The notes: a model not told the origin generated them from the letters alone. A stretch of DNA of 64,000 nt from an uncultured Methanoregulaceae archaeon (GCA_963705255.1 OY970061.1:992001-1056000), one strand, 5' to 3'; shown: positions 10,655 through 22,804, numbered from the stretch's first letter. Made by a program: numbers and translations.

Positions 10655-10849
10655 TTACACTGAAGATTCGATCAGATGTTTTTCACTATCCACCTGGTAA
10701 ATCCCCGGGTTGTTCAGTAAATCCAGGGCGTTGATCTTCATATCTACCAGCTCTTCATACGTGAAAAACTCTGACAGCTCATTTCCTTCTTCATTCCAGA
10801 AGACCTGGATCCCGTTCTGGTACTTTTTTGAACTCTCGATCTGGTGCAT
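10655..10849 (-). CDS. Small hypothetical protein
   Basis: 64-aa acidic ORF with GGAGG RBS, downstream of dnaJ. Confidence 0.6.
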   Translation of the reverse strand: MHQIESSKKYQNGIQVFWNEEGNELSEFFTYEELVDMKINALDLLNNPGIYQVDSEKHLIESSV

Positions 10850-10935
10850 ACATCATCCTCCCTATGGTCAGGTTTCATCCTCATCTGCAGGGCAGAGTCC
10901 GTTGGCACTGCTGCATTCCCTTACCGTGCTGCCCC

Positions 10936-11997
10936 TTATTTCGGACCAATAAATGCCTCTTTGATAAGCTCCTCCTGTTTTTTTGTTATCTTCTCCGGTA
11001 TCTTCACGACAACTTTTACGAGAAGGTCCCCGCGGTTGTCTGAGTTCATGGACGGCATTCCCTGCTGCCGGAGCCGGAAGAGGGTATGGCTCTGGGTGCC
11101 GCCGGGGATCCGGAGGAGCGCATTTCCGGTAATGGTGGGAACGGTGATCTCGGCCCCGAGCAATGCCGTTACAAGACCTACAGTCGCAGAACTGTAGAGA
11201 TCGGCCCCCTGCCGTTCGAAAATATCATGTTTTTTCACATGGACGACCACGTACAGGTCACCCGGCGGGCCCTGGTTCTCTCCGGCTTCTCCTTCACAGG
11301 CGATCCTCAGGAACTGCCCGTCTTCTACCCCCGGGGGTATCGAAACTTCGATCCGCCGGGTTTTCTGTATCATCCCTTTCCCCCGGCATGACTCGCACGG
11401 CCTGTCCACGATCTTCCCGTCACCACGGCATGACGGGCAGACCGTGATGTTCACCATCTGGCGGCCACCGCTCTTCTGGATATTCCGAATCTCCCCTTTC
11501 CCCCCGCACGTCGGACATACGCGCACAAAACCGGGCTGGGCACCGGTCCCGTGGCAGGTCTTGCATTCATCGTAATGGGGGACCTCGACCGTATTTTTCG
11601 TGCCGTAGAATGCATCGGCGAGCGAGATACTGATATCGTACCGCAGATCGGCCCCGGCCCTCTTCCTTGTCCTTCCCCCGGACCGGGAAAAGACGTCGAA
11701 GATATCGCCGAGGCCGAAGTCACGGAAGAGGTCGTCGTAACTGGGGGCGGTATACCCGGAAGAGTCGCCGGGTCTGAATTCGGCATGGCCTACCTGGTCG
11801 TACTGGGCTTTCTTCTGCGGGTCGCCCAGTATCTGGTAGGCCTCGTTGATCTCCTTGAACTTCTCCTCTGCTTCCTTGCTGCCCTTGTTGAGGTCCGGGT
11901 GGTACTTCCGGGCGAGGTGCCGGAACGATTTTTTGATCTCTTCCTGCGATGCGTCCTTTTTCACGCCAAGGAGTTCATAGTAGTCTTTTTGTGCCAT
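10936..11997 (-). CDS. dnaJ: Chaperone DnaJ
   Basis: J domain with HPD and four CxxCxGxG repeats. Confidence 0.97.
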   Translation of the reverse strand: MAQKDYYELLGVKKDASQEEIKKSFRHLARKYHPDLNKGSKEAEEKFKEINEAYQILGDPQKKAQYDQVGHAEFRPGDSSGYTAPSYDDLFRDFGLGDIFDVFSRSGGRTRKRAGADLRYDISISLADAFYGTKNTVEVPHYDECKTCHGTGAQPGFVRVCPTCGGKGEIRNIQKSGGRQMVNITVCPSCRGDGKIVDRPCESCRGKGMIQKTRRIEVSIPPGVEDGQFLRIACEGEAGENQGPPGDLYVVVHVKKHDIFERQGADLYSSATVGLVTALLGAEITVPTITGNALLRIPGGTQSHTLFRLRQQGMPSMNSDNRGDLLVKVVVKIPEKITKKQEELIKEAFIGPK

Positions 11998-12014
11998 GGC
12001 AGGCGGGACCGGGA

Positions 12015-13902
12015 CTACTTCTCATCCTTGACCTTGAAATCTGCATCGACAACCTTCTCTCCGCCCGGCCCGGTCGTCTCCTGGCCCGGTTGTCCGCCGG
12101 ATGGCCCGGCCTGCTCCTGGGGTCCCGCATGTTCCTGCGCATATTGCGCCGACGCCTGCTGGTACGCGGCAGACCCGGCCTCGCCAAGAACCTTCTGGAG
12201 TTTCTCTGTCTCGGACTTGATCTTTGGAGTATCCTTGCCTTCCATCGCGGCCCTGAGCGCGACGATGGCCGCGTTCAGCCGCTCGACAAGGTCAGTACCT
12301 GAGTTTACCGGCAAGATCGGATTTCGCCTTTTCCGCGGTATAGATGAGCGTATCGGCAGTGTTGCGCGCCTCTACCTCTTCTTTTCGCGTCCGGTCCTGC
12401 TCCTCGAACTGCTTTGCCTCATTCACCATCTTCTTTACGTCGCTGTCTGCCAGCTTGGTCGAGGCGGTGATCGTCATCTTCTGTTCCTTGCCGGTGCCAA
12501 GGTCTTTTGCAGACACGTTGAGGATCCCCGATGCATCGATGTCAAATGTTACATCGATCTGGGGGATCCCGCGCGGGGCAGGAGGGATGCCGACGAGGTT
12601 GAACTGCCCGAGGCTCACGTTGTCGGCTGCCATGGGCCGTTCGCCCTGTAATACGTGGATCGTGACCGAGGTCTGGAAATCGGCAGCCGTAGAGAATGTC
12701 TGGCTTTTTTTCGTCGGGATCGTGGTATTCCGGTCTATCAGGGCCGTCCTGACACCGCCGAGCGTTTCAAGGCCGAGGGTCAGGGGCGTCACATCCAGGA
12801 GGACCATATCGGTGATCTCCCCCCCGAGAATAGCCCCCTGGATGGCCGCACCGGTAGCAACACATTCCATGGGATCGATCCCCCGCTCGACTTTCTTTCC
12901 GATATGGTCCTCGATGAATTTCTGGACGATAGGCATCCTCGTAGGCCCCCCGACAAGGATGACTTTCTGGATATCGTCCTTGGTGAGTGCGGCGTCCTTC
13001 AGGGCCTGTTCGAAGGGGTTGAGGCACCGCCGTATGATAGGTTCCACGAGTTGTTCGAGCTTTGAGCGGCTCAGCTTTATGGAAAGGTGTTTCGGGCCCG
13101 CCTGGGTTGCAGAAACGTACGGGAGGTTAATCTCGGTCTCGAGTACCGTTGAAAGTTCGATCTTCGCCTTCTCGGCAGCTTCCTTGACCCGGTTGACTGC
13201 CATCTTATCGCTTCGTAAATCAATACCCTCAAGTTTTTTGAACTCCCCGGCCACCCATTCGAATACCGCATTGTCCATGTCGGTACCGCCGAGCTGGGTA
13301 TCACCGGACGTGGCCAGGACCGTGAACGTCCCGCCGCCGAATTCCATGATGGTCACATCCAGCGTCCCGCCGCCGAGGTCGAACACGAGGATCTTATATT
13401 CCCCGCCGCGGTCGAGCCCGTAGGCCATGGACGCGGCAGTAGGTTCGTTCACGAGCCTGACCACGTCGAGCCCGGCAATTTTCCCTGCATCCTTGGTGGC
13501 AGTCCTCTGGTTGTCATTGAAATAGGCCGGGACCGTGATCACGGCTTTCGTCACCGTCTCGCCGAGGAATGCCTCTGCGTCCCGCTTGATCTTCTGCAGG
13601 AGAAACGCCGAGATCTGCTGGGGGGTGTATTCCTTGCCATAGATCCGGTAGGAATGGCTCGTCCCCATCTTCCGTTTTGCTGCAGTCACCGTGCCGTCCG
13701 GGTTGCTCACCGCCTGCCTCCGGGCCGGCTCGCCCACGAGGAGCTGGCCGTCCGCGGTGAACGCCACATAGGACGGGAACATCTTGCCGGCCACGGTCGC
13801 ACCTTCCGCCGAAGGGATAATTGTAGGCTTGCCGCCAAGCATGACAGCAGCTTCGCTGTTCGATGTCCCAAGGTCAATTCCGATAATCTTCTCTTTACCC
13901 AT
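12015..13902 (-). CDS. dnaK: Chaperone DnaK (frameshift near 12300)
   Basis: [27 protein letters not shown]. The C-terminal lid and VVDADFK tail are in ORF 12015..12314. Confidence 0.96.
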
Positions 13903-14543
13903 TTTCCTCACCTTCCTTTCGTGAAACATGTTCTGCAATCTTTACTTTCGACGGCCTGATCACCTTCGACCGCAACTGGTAGCCTTTCCCGAAATCCTCA
14001 AGGATCAACCCGGGTTCCCGGTCGCACTCCTCGCGGCACAGGGCCTCATGGAGGTTCGGGTCGAATTTTTTTCCTACGCATTCTATGGGTATGAGCCCGT
14101 ATTCTCCAAGGATCTTGAGCAGTTTCCGGTAGACCATCCCCATCCCTTCACAGTTCTCCTCGGCCTGGAGGGAGGGGAGAGCGCGGTCGAAATCGTCCAG
14201 GATGACGAGGAGATCCTTGATCAGGTTCTCGTTGGCAAGTGAGATGATCGCCGCTTTTTCCTTTTCCGACCATTTCCGGTAATTGTCAAAATCGGCCTGG
14301 AGATATTTCAGGCGCTCAAGACGCTCTTCTGCCAGGCGGGTCTGCTCTTCCAGATCTTTTTTTATCCGGTCAACGTCCTCCATCGGGCCACCTCCGGAAT
14401 ACCCCGCAACGGTCTTCTCTGCCTCCGTGCATTGGACCGGCATCAGTCTCCCGGTTGACCGGATGCGGAGATGCCGGTGAATTCCCAACGCTGACCGGAT
14501 TGGTATCCTGCTCGCGGATTTCCGGAATCACCGCACCTGTCAT
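13895..14543 (-). CDS. grpE: Nucleotide exchange factor GrpE (probable N-terminal frameshift)
   Basis: [32 protein letters not shown]. Likely start MTGAVIPE at 14543 is in another frame. Confidence 0.9.
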
Positions 14544-14550
14544 GGTTCTT

Positions 14551-14901
14551 TCATACCTTCTGGAGATCCGTATCACCATACCGGACTGCCTCGTCATATC
14601 TGCCCATAATGGCTGCACATACCGGCGCTTCTCCTGCCGGACTACGGGGTGTCTTCCGGAGACATCAGTCGCAATGGGGACCGTTCCAGTAGGCCCTGAT
14701 AAAATCCGCATAGTAGCACCCGGTACAATCGCAACGGAAGCACCCGGACGCCGGGCACTGCATCCCGGAACGATAATCAGCACCGGATAGATCCCGTGCA
14801 CCGTACTCTTTTGCCTGGCGGTAGTCACACCAGATCTGCTCAAGATCTTCCCCGGCCATAAACAAACTCTCTGAGTCTTCCAAGACGGGAATGGTCCTCA
14901 C
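14551..14901 (-). pseudogene. Cys-rich hypothetical protein with in-frame TGA at 14665-14667
   Basis: GTG start. Frame continues past TGA (PHCD*CLRK...) to a stop 8 bp before the grpE start. Confidence 0.5.
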
Positions 14902-14952
14902 CGGTCAGGGAGTTGAGCGGGGACTTTTATAGGATCTTCCCTGATCGTCATT

Positions 14953-14973
14953 TTTTGAGACAAATTTTGAAAC
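14953..14973. promoter_or_regulatory. Putative operator TTTTGAGACAAATTTTGAAAC upstream of the grpE-dnaK-dnaJ operon
   Basis: Copy of the shared motif, about 25 bp from a TATA-like TATAAAAG on the minus strand. Confidence 0.6.
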
Positions 14974-15024
14974 AACCCGTACAATTCCGCGAAAAAACAG
15001 GTCCTGTCGGCGGAACCGGGGAGA

Positions 15025-15297
15025 TCACCCTGCGATTTTTTCCAGGGTCAGGTTCAATAATCCGGCTGCGAATGTTTTTTTACACAGCCTTGACCCGTCC
15101 GGAACCAGTATCTCCTTCCTGAAGGTCATCAGGTCATCCGATGCGATAAGCGTGAGAGTGTTCGTTTCAAGATAAATCCTGATCTTCTCTTCGGGTATCC
15201 CGGGCAGCTGGACCTGGATGTGAATGTGCCGGACATCTTCTGAACGGTCGATGACCGGTTCAGTCACCGGTCTGCGCTGTTTTTGTTTTTTTCTCAT
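15025..15297 (-). CDS. Short Hsp20-like protein
   Basis: EPVID, IQVQLPGIPEEKIRI, KTFAAGLLNLTLEK. Confidence 0.75.
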   Translation of the reverse strand: MRKKQKQRRPVTEPVIDRSEDVRHIHIQVQLPGIPEEKIRIYLETNTLTLIASDDLMTFRKEILVPDGSRLCKKTFAAGLLNLTLEKIAG

Positions 15298-15842
15298 AGT
15301 ACCCTCCAGGCAGGTCATTTCCGGGGAGACTGGGATCGAAACGCTCGTATCGTCCATCATTCCTTTTTGATCCCGGTGCCGGTATGAAACGGAGTATCCC
15401 TGTCCCGGATGCCAGTTCTCGTCGGGCAAAAACCGGGGCTTCAGGCCTGCTGTGGCGTTCAGCAGGATCCTGAACCCTGGCGGATCGTGTCAGGAATGTA
15501 AAAATTGAGGCCCGCATGGACAGTATGTCCGGTTCCGTTCCCTGCCGGCTCCTGTTTCCATGCATATAACACCCCAATGTCCTGGACGGTAGAATTCAAC
15601 GTGGTGCGCAATGAGGGCTGATCATCCCGTGAGGGTTCCCGACCTTCATGTGGGCAGCTGTACCCACGCAACGTTCTTTTGGGGGAATACCTATATACTT
15701 AACCGGATTTTTCAAAAATTGTTTCAAATTTTGGCGGGATGACCCCGGTACCTTCACATCACTGTCCGGAGATGGGATCTTCCATCCAAAATTAGAGGCC
15801 CTGGGTGTCCGTATCGTTCTGGCCAGGGCCAAAAAAGAACGA

Positions 15843-17195
15843 CTATTTTCGTTCCGGTGGTGTGATACTCTCGCCATGCATATCCTCTCCCATGAGGTGG
15901 CGGAAAACAAACCGGAATTCACCGAGTTTCTGGCGGATATATTTTCTTCCCGAATCAGTCGGCATGTAGAGTTTTGATTTCCCCGAGCTCTTCATCTCGA
16001 GATACCCTTTCTCCTGCAGCTCGTAGAGGAACGTGTAGATCCGCGCCTGGGGGATGAGCACATTATAGCGGTTATGGATCTCGTGGACGATGTCATACCC
16101 GGATATCGGTTTTTCCAGGAGGGAGAGGACAACGGGTTCGAGAGACTTTTTCACCACGTCGTCGATGGTTGACTGGGGGACGACGGATACCGATTCTGCA
16201 GTGAATGAGCGGCGGGCAAAGGAGAGCATGGTGTCTTTTCCGGTCGAGATGATGATCTTCGGGATACCTTCGGAGAGTTTCTGTATCTGGTTGTGATCGA
16301 TCTCAGCCATATTCACTGCAATCATGCCGGAGATGGGCAGCCCGCTCTCTTTTTTGGAGAGAACCAGGTTTTTCACCGCAAGGATGTCGGCAAACATCTC
16401 CGTATCGGAAAAATCAAGAAGGATCCTGAGGGACTTTACGGAACCCGTGCCCTCCAGTGAACCGGTGCACCGTTCCAGGAGTTTGAGCATGAGGAATTCC
16501 TCGTGTTTCTTGATGCGCCGGGTGACCAGTTCCTCTTTCTGGATCTCTTTTAAGAAATATTTCATGAGCGTGGAGCGGTGGTACGCAAAAAAATTCCGCC
16601 CGCCTTTTTTTAACCCCTCTTCTAGGGTGAACTTGAACACCGGGTCTTTTACCGTCTGTTCGGTATAGAGGAAGAGGACGATATCGGTGAAAATATCCTG
16701 CAGGAGAATGGTTTTGATCCCGGGGAGGTCGACATAGGCTGTCCCGAGCTCCTCGTTCTCGGCAGTCTCCTTTCCCGGAAGACCCGGCTTAACGGCAACC
16801 TGCGACAACCTTGCCGTTTCCCGGTCAGCATTCTTGTGGAACAGGGCCACCTCAATTGCGGCTTTGATCTCCAGTTCGTTGAAGGGCTTCACGATGTACC
16901 CGTACGGCCTGACCTGTTTGGCCTGCTCGATGATGGCATCGTCGGCATACGAAGTGACAAAAACGACCGGAATATCGAGCTCCTCCATGATGACCCGTGC
17001 AGCTTCGATCCCGTTCAGTTTTCCCGGCATGACAATGTCCATCAGCAGCAGGTCGGGTTTGAGCCTCCGCGCCTTGTCGATCGCACCTTCACCGGATGCT
17101 GCCATGCCTGCAACCGTGTAGCCCATTGCAGTCAGCCGCTCTTCCAGCTGCATCGTAATGATCGCTTCGTCATCAACTACAAGGATCCTTGACAT
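15843..17195 (-). CDS. Response regulator: receiver + central domain + C-terminal PadR-type wHTH
   Basis: ILVVDDE, LMDIVMPG, YIVKPF; C-terminal PISGYDIVHEI...IYTFLYELQEKGY...KLY.PT..G. Confidence 0.88.
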   Translation of the reverse strand: MSRILVVDDEAIITMQLEERLTAMGYTVAGMAASGEGAIDKARRLKPDLLLMDIVMPGKLNGIEAARVIMEELDIPVVFVTSYADDAIIEQAKQVRPYGYIVKPFNELEIKAAIEVALFHKNADRETARLSQVAVKPGLPGKETAENEELGTAYVDLPGIKTILLQDIFTDIVLFLYTEQTVKDPVFKFTLEEGLKKGGRNFFAYHRSTLMKYFLKEIQKEELVTRRIKKHEEFLMLKLLERCTGSLEGTGSVKSLRILLDFSDTEMFADILAVKNLVLSKKESGLPISGMIAVNMAEIDHNQIQKLSEGIPKIIISTGKDTMLSFARRSFTAESVSVVPQSTIDDVVKKSLEPVVLSLLEKPISGYDIVHEIHNRYNVLIPQARIYTFLYELQEKGYLEMKSSGKSKLYMPTDSGRKYIRQKLGEFRFVFRHLMGEDMHGESITPPERK

Positions 17196-17201
17196 GGGTT
17201 A

Positions 17202-20200
17202 TCAGTCCGCTGCGGGGAGGGGAAATTCCACGATCACTTCAGTCCCGCCGCTCCCGTTGATCGTGAGGGACCCGCCCAGCTGCTGGACAAGATTCCTGAT
17301 CAGCTTGATCCCCAGGCTGGTGGCATGAGAGATATCCAGTTCCCGGGGAATCCCGATACCGTCGTCCCGGACCGTTATATGGACATGCCCCTCCTGCTTC
17401 ATAGCAGTAATACTGACTTTCCCGTATTTACGTCCTTTGAATGCGTGTTTGAAGGCATTGGAGAGGATCTCGTTCACGATGAGGGCGCAGGGGATTGCCT
17501 GGTCAACCGGGAGATAGATCTCCCCGGCATCGATCTCGCTGACAATTTCTGTGCCCGATCTCCGGTAAATACTGGACAGGTCGGCCACCTGGTCCCGGAT
17601 CTGGCCTCCCATGTTGATCTTGTCGAACTGTTTGCTCTCGTACAGTCTCGTGTGGATCTGGGCCATGGTCTTGATCTTCAGCATCATATCCGTCAGTATG
17701 CTGCCGGTTGCCACGTCCTCTGTCCTCATTCTCGTCATATCGAGCAGGCCGGATATGATCTGGAGGTTGTTCTTCACCCGGTGGTGGATCTCCCGGATGA
17801 GGATCTCTTTCTCTGCAAGCGATGAGATGATCTTTTCCTCGGCGGACTTGTGTTCGGTCATATTCCTGAAATACCCGATGAGGCCGTCGATACTGCCCGA
17901 TCCATCGAATTTCGGGATATAGGAACCTTCGAAATAATTTTTTTCACCTGTCCTGGAGACCAGGGAAAGTTCGATCTTTGCCGGTTTTCCGGTCTTGAGC
18001 ACCTGCTTCTTGATCCTTACAAGGTTGTCTGCCTCCTCCTTTGATACGATATCATAGTCCGTCTTCCCGATCATCTCGTCCTCGGAAAGCCCCAACTGCG
18101 GGTTGATGACACTGGTATACCGCAGGCCGGTGTCCTGGACAAGGATATAGTCGGGGGTGTTGGTGGCGATGATCCTGAATTTCTGTTCGCTCTCCCGCAA
18201 TGCTTCCTCTGCCCGCCTCCGTTCGGTGACATCCCGGTAGCTCCACACCCTCCCGACGATCGTGTCCCCGATCCTCTGGGGTTTCGAGTAGCGTTCGAAG
18301 ACCCTGCCGTCAATAAATTCTACCATGTCATAGCTCTCCCTTCCGGGGTGGGCGTAGAGATCCTTAAGGCCGGAGCGGAATCCCTCAGGGTCCTCCAGTT
18401 GCGGCAGCATAGGGAGGAGGGCCGAATTTTCCGTGGAACCGGCCAGCGAGGAGTGGGGAATATTCCACATGGTCACAAAGCTCTGGTTGTAACTGGTGAT
18501 CTTCCCTTCACGGTCAACAACGAGCAGGCCGTCGGCTGTAGAATCCAGGGCTGCATTGAGCAACGAGAGGGTCTTCCCGGCAATTTCGTCAGCCTGCTTG
18601 CGGGCGGTTATGTCCTGTCCCTGGGCAATGACCGAGGATATGGTCTTCCCGTCCGGTTCGGACAAGGTTGCAGAGTTCCAGAGGACGGTCCGGATCTCGC
18701 AGTTTATGGTAAGGATCGGGATCTCGACATCGTTCCACCGTTCACCGGCGGATGTTTTCCGGATCAGTCCCATCAGCTCATCGCGCTGCGGCTCCGGGAA
18801 GAGAAGGTCGATATCTTTCCCTATCACATCCGCAGCCATCCTCCCGGTGAGCCGCTCGAACGCGTGGTTGAACCGCGTAATACGGAACTCCGGGTCCCAT
18901 ACGATGATGGGCGCGTTGGCGTAATTGATCAGGTTTTCGAGATACTGGCTGGTCTGGCGGAGATTCGCTTCCGCCCGGCGTTGTGCAGTGATGTCGCGGA
19001 AACTCCACACTCTCCCGAAAATGGCGCTCCCCATCTTCTGGGGTTTCGAGTACCGCTCGAAAATCCTGCCGTCATTGAGTTCGATGATATCGTAGCTTTC
19101 CCGCGCGGGGTGCCCGTAGAGATCATAGACCCCGGCAAGGTACTCCCCGGATCTCTCACCTGGCCCTGCATGGATTCGAGGACGTTTTCGTCATCTCCTG
19201 TCTTCAGTAATACTTCCCCGATATTCCAGATATGGACAAAATTCTGGTTGTAACCGGTGATCTTCCTCTCTTTGTCGACAACGTAGATACCTTCAGCGGT
19301 CGATTCAAGGGCTGCATTCAGGAGAGAGAGTGCCTCTTCGGTCTTTCTTTTCGCGGACACGGCGAACTCTTCGGCAAGCTTGCGATCCGTTATATTGGTA
19401 AAGAGGACGGCGAACTGTCGCGGTGCCGGGGAAAATGCGTAGACCTCATAATGGTTCTTGAGGGCCGGTGAATACTGGTCGAAATGGATTGGCTGGCCGG
19501 TGAGGGCAACTGAACCATAGAATTCAACCCAGCGGGGGTCTTCATCCGGAAGGATCTCGCTGAGGCGCCTTCCGACCACTGCCTCCCGTTTCAGGCCGGT
19601 CAGTTTTTCAAACGCCGGATTTATCTCAAGGAACCGGTAATCGACCGGGACATTCCGGTCGTCGCAGATGATCTGATGGAGGGCAAACCCTTCAGTCATC
19701 TTCTCAAAGAGGTTCCGGAATTTCTCCTCGCTTGCCAGGAGCCGGAGTTCTGTCAGCCTTCGTTCGGTAGTATCCTGCACCATGCCGATGGAGCGGGTGA
19801 TCCTGCCGCTCTCATCGCGCAGGTGCTCGCACTTCTCGTGGACGTACCTGATCCCGCCGTCGTCTTTCCGTACGACACGGTGCTCTATCTCGTAGCCGTC
19901 CCGCCCCTCTGACAGAGACCCAGCATACGCTGCATTCACTGCCGGGCGATCATCGGGGTGTACGGCGTCAAGGAAGGTCTCATAGGTAGCCCCGAACTCC
20001 TGTGGTCTCAGCCCGAATATCCGGTATACCTCGTCGGACCAGGTGAGGTGGTTGCCGGCAAGATCCAGTTCCCAGCTCCCGAGATGGGCGATCTCCTGCG
20101 CCCTGGCCAGCCGGTGTTCGCTCTCATTGAGTTCCCGCTGTTTTTTACCCAGTTCGTCAATATTCTGCCGGAGTTCCTCCTCCGCCGCCATGAGTTCTTC

Positions 20201-21163
20201 GTTCATCACGCCGAGCTCGTCGTTCTTCCTCACCAGCGCCGTCTCTGCACGATCAAGGGCATCCCCTGTCCGGGTGGATACCCATGAGACGGCACCGACC
20301 GTTCCGGCAGCAAAGATCACGAGACTTGCCGAGAGGGAGAGCGCCTCGGGGATGTTATACACCCGGTAAATCGACTGGAACGCAAAATTCTGGATAAATA
20401 CGATAACTACGCTGAGCGGGACAAAGGTGCGCAGGAGGCGGGCCCGGATGGAATTTCCGGTGAGGTACCTGACCGGTATTGCCCCCGGGCCCCCGGCAGC
20501 GATCAGTCCCCCCCCGATGAAGAACGCGGCGAGGGCTGACATGGCAGCAATGGGAATGACCTGAGTGCCGTACAGGAAAGGAGCACCGTAGAAATAACTC
20601 AGGACGAAGGTGAAGCTGACGAGAACCAGCACCAGGCCGACGATGCCGATGGCATCACGCGTCCGCCGGTCTTCCTTTGGTGCATTCTCTTCTTTCACCA
20701 TGAAGACCAGGGAAACGGCAGCCGGGATGATAAGCCCTGCCGCTACCGGGGAGATCGGTGAAGACAATGTCCCGAAGAACAGCGTGCCTGCCTGGACGAA
20801 CCAGGACTCGACAAAAAATTGGCCCCCCCCGATAATAAAGAGGAGTTCAACAACCTCAACACCTGCGATTATTGCAAGGGCTGCCTGTACCAGCATGCCG
20901 GATCTCTTTTCCAGCGCTTTTATCGCGCTGGCTGCAAGGACCGATCCCAAAAAAATCCAGACCAGCGAGGCACTGAGTGCCATGGTCTTATACCCGGGAT
21001 AAACGCTGCTGATCACCGTGATATCGAAAATATTCCCGACAATTGCCAGCAGGCCCGTACCTGTTGCCAGAAGCCCGAATGAGAGGGTAAGTCTTTTCAA
21101 AAAAAGATTTGGGGTACCGGTACCCGGTGTGCCGTTCGCAGGAAAAGGTGACGTGAAGATCAT
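17202..21163 (-). CDS. Membrane multi-PAS sensor histidine kinase (HisKA_2 type; frameshift near 19.1 kb)
   Basis: N-terminal TM bundle, several PAS domains, EIHHRVKNNLQ, NEILSNAFKHAF, DDGIG. Split across ORFs 18929..21286 and 17202..19034. Confidence 0.9.
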
Positions 21164-21537
21164 TCCGGTACTTCCAAAAATCTTCCCAAAATAATATTCT
21201 CTACTGTAAATAGAGAGATAATTTTCATATGATAAGATTTTCCCCCGTTTACAAAAAATGAAATTTCCGGATACCGTCGTGCCCAAGGTGTTTGTGTACG
21301 CAGAACGAGGATGATATCCGATGCAGGTGCATCAAACGATGTTATCTGGTGCATTCGATCGCTGGTGCCAGTACCGCCGTTCACGGGAGCGGATGCCTGC
21401 TGCAGCACCACGGATCATGACTACCGGCGGAGACCATTCCCGGACCGCGTTGCGTTTCCGCTGGTTTTCCCGGAGGTCCTGCCATCCGGCCGGAAAACAG
21501 AAGGCTACCCGGTCCGGATAATACCCCCAGGAAACCC

Positions 21538-21564
21538 TTTCAAACTATGTTACATGGTTTGAAA
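21538..21564. promoter_or_regulatory. Inverted repeat TTTCAAACTATGTTACATGGTTTGAAA, putative operator
   Basis: Near-perfect palindrome in the divergent intergenic region upstream of 21651. Confidence 0.5.
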
Positions 21565-21650
21565 ATCAGCCATAGAACTATGGTTTCCTGCCCTCATCAC
21601 ATCTCTTCGTCCGATCTGTCGGACAGAACAGAGGAGAGGAGTGAACAGGA

Positions 21651-21860
21651 ATGCAACCAGGACATATGGGCGGGGGCATGATGCAGCAGCAGGAGATGCT
21701 CATGACGGAGATGTGGGATGCCCTCACGGATGACCAGAAGAAAGAGATGCTGAAGAGGGCACTTGACGGGAAGATCATGATGAAGGAAGGGATGATCAAG
21801 CACTTCCAGTTCAAGATCGAGACGTTCAGGATGCTCAAGAAGATGCTGGACGAGCGCTGA
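21651..21860 (+). CDS. Small Met-rich hypothetical protein
   Basis: 69-aa ORF with GGAG RBS and host-like codon usage. Confidence 0.7.
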   Translation: MQPGHMGGGMMQQQEMLMTEMWDALTDDQKKEMLKRALDGKIMMKEGMIKHFQFKIETFRMLKKMLDER

Positions 21861-22135
21861 CCGGGATCGATGGAACCGGATTCCTCCAGTCTTTTTTGAG
21901 AACCAACAGTTAGTGTGCATGAGGGCGCGAAATTTCAGAAAATAGCAAACCCATATAGAGCACCACAGGGTGGCCACCTCTTCAATCCGGCAATTGAAAA
22001 AACAGGTTTTTCCGGATACGACCGGAACCAGCTGAAACAACGAGACGAAAAGAGTCCGAAGAGCAGGATCTGGATAGTACAGGGATCTAATCAATGGGCT
22101 GATGTCGTTGATCGGGGACTATATCCCGGATATTC

Positions 22136-22420
22136 TCATTCTCCGAGCACACCGCGCTCGACCAGCAACTTGAGATAAGCCTTGCCGGATAGAGGACAAT
22201 GGATAAGATCGTCAAGCTCTTTCCCGGTCACATGCAGCTGAGTCCGCATCTTCGCGAGCAGATCCGCGTTATATTCCTTAACCCCGTGACTCAGGAATGT
22301 GTGGACTCCGGTGATTTTGCCGTCAACGCGGAGGTAAAAGATCCTGTGATGGGGTGACCTCTCTTCGAACCCTTTCCTGAGAAGAGCGGTCGTGATTTCC
22401 CGGGTCTTGCAGGATTTTAA
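22136..22420 (-). pseudogene. HicA-like toxin lacking a start codon
   Basis: Not in the ORF track. Reads (L)KSCKTREITTALLRKGFEERSPHHRIFYLRVDGK...TFLSHG.KEY...KMRTQL...DDLIHCPLS; first codon is TTA. Confidence 0.7.
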
Positions 22421-22729
22421 GAACCGGCCCCGGCAGTAACAAGTGATTCAAGATGGGAACGGAGACTGGAGCGCGTCCCGGGTCAGATTCGCCGGGTTCT
22501 CAGCCACATATACCTCCCAGAGCGTTGACAACTCATCCGAGATCCCTGCAATGCCTTCTTCGAGTGTGGGTGCTGAAACCAGGAACCCGAACTCTTCGTT
22601 CGAAAGAGTGAGCTGGTCCGCATCGTGCTCAACGGTAATCCGGAGCTCGCGGGCGAGCTGGCAGAGGCGACCGTTCATTTTCAGCCGGTCGAGGACAATG
22701 GTTTGGTTCGCCATTTTCAGCATAAGCAT
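22417..22729 (-). CDS. HicB-like antitoxin (frameshift near C-terminus)
   Basis: EEFGFLVSAPTLEEGIAGISDEL..LWE.Y...LT.DA. Alternative frame LRSHLESLVTAGAGS* ends overlapping the toxin's first codon. Confidence 0.6.
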
Positions 22730-22804
22730 CTTAAGATATCGCCCGGGAGATAATAGGATTTCCGGTCAGGACACGTCCCTGACAATAAGCTCATCGAATG
22801 ATGC

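Noticed and set aside
6892-13423. Long antisense ORFs over encapsulin, dnaJ and dnaK
   Set aside because: Shadow ORFs expected from GC-rich codon bias; no independent protein features.
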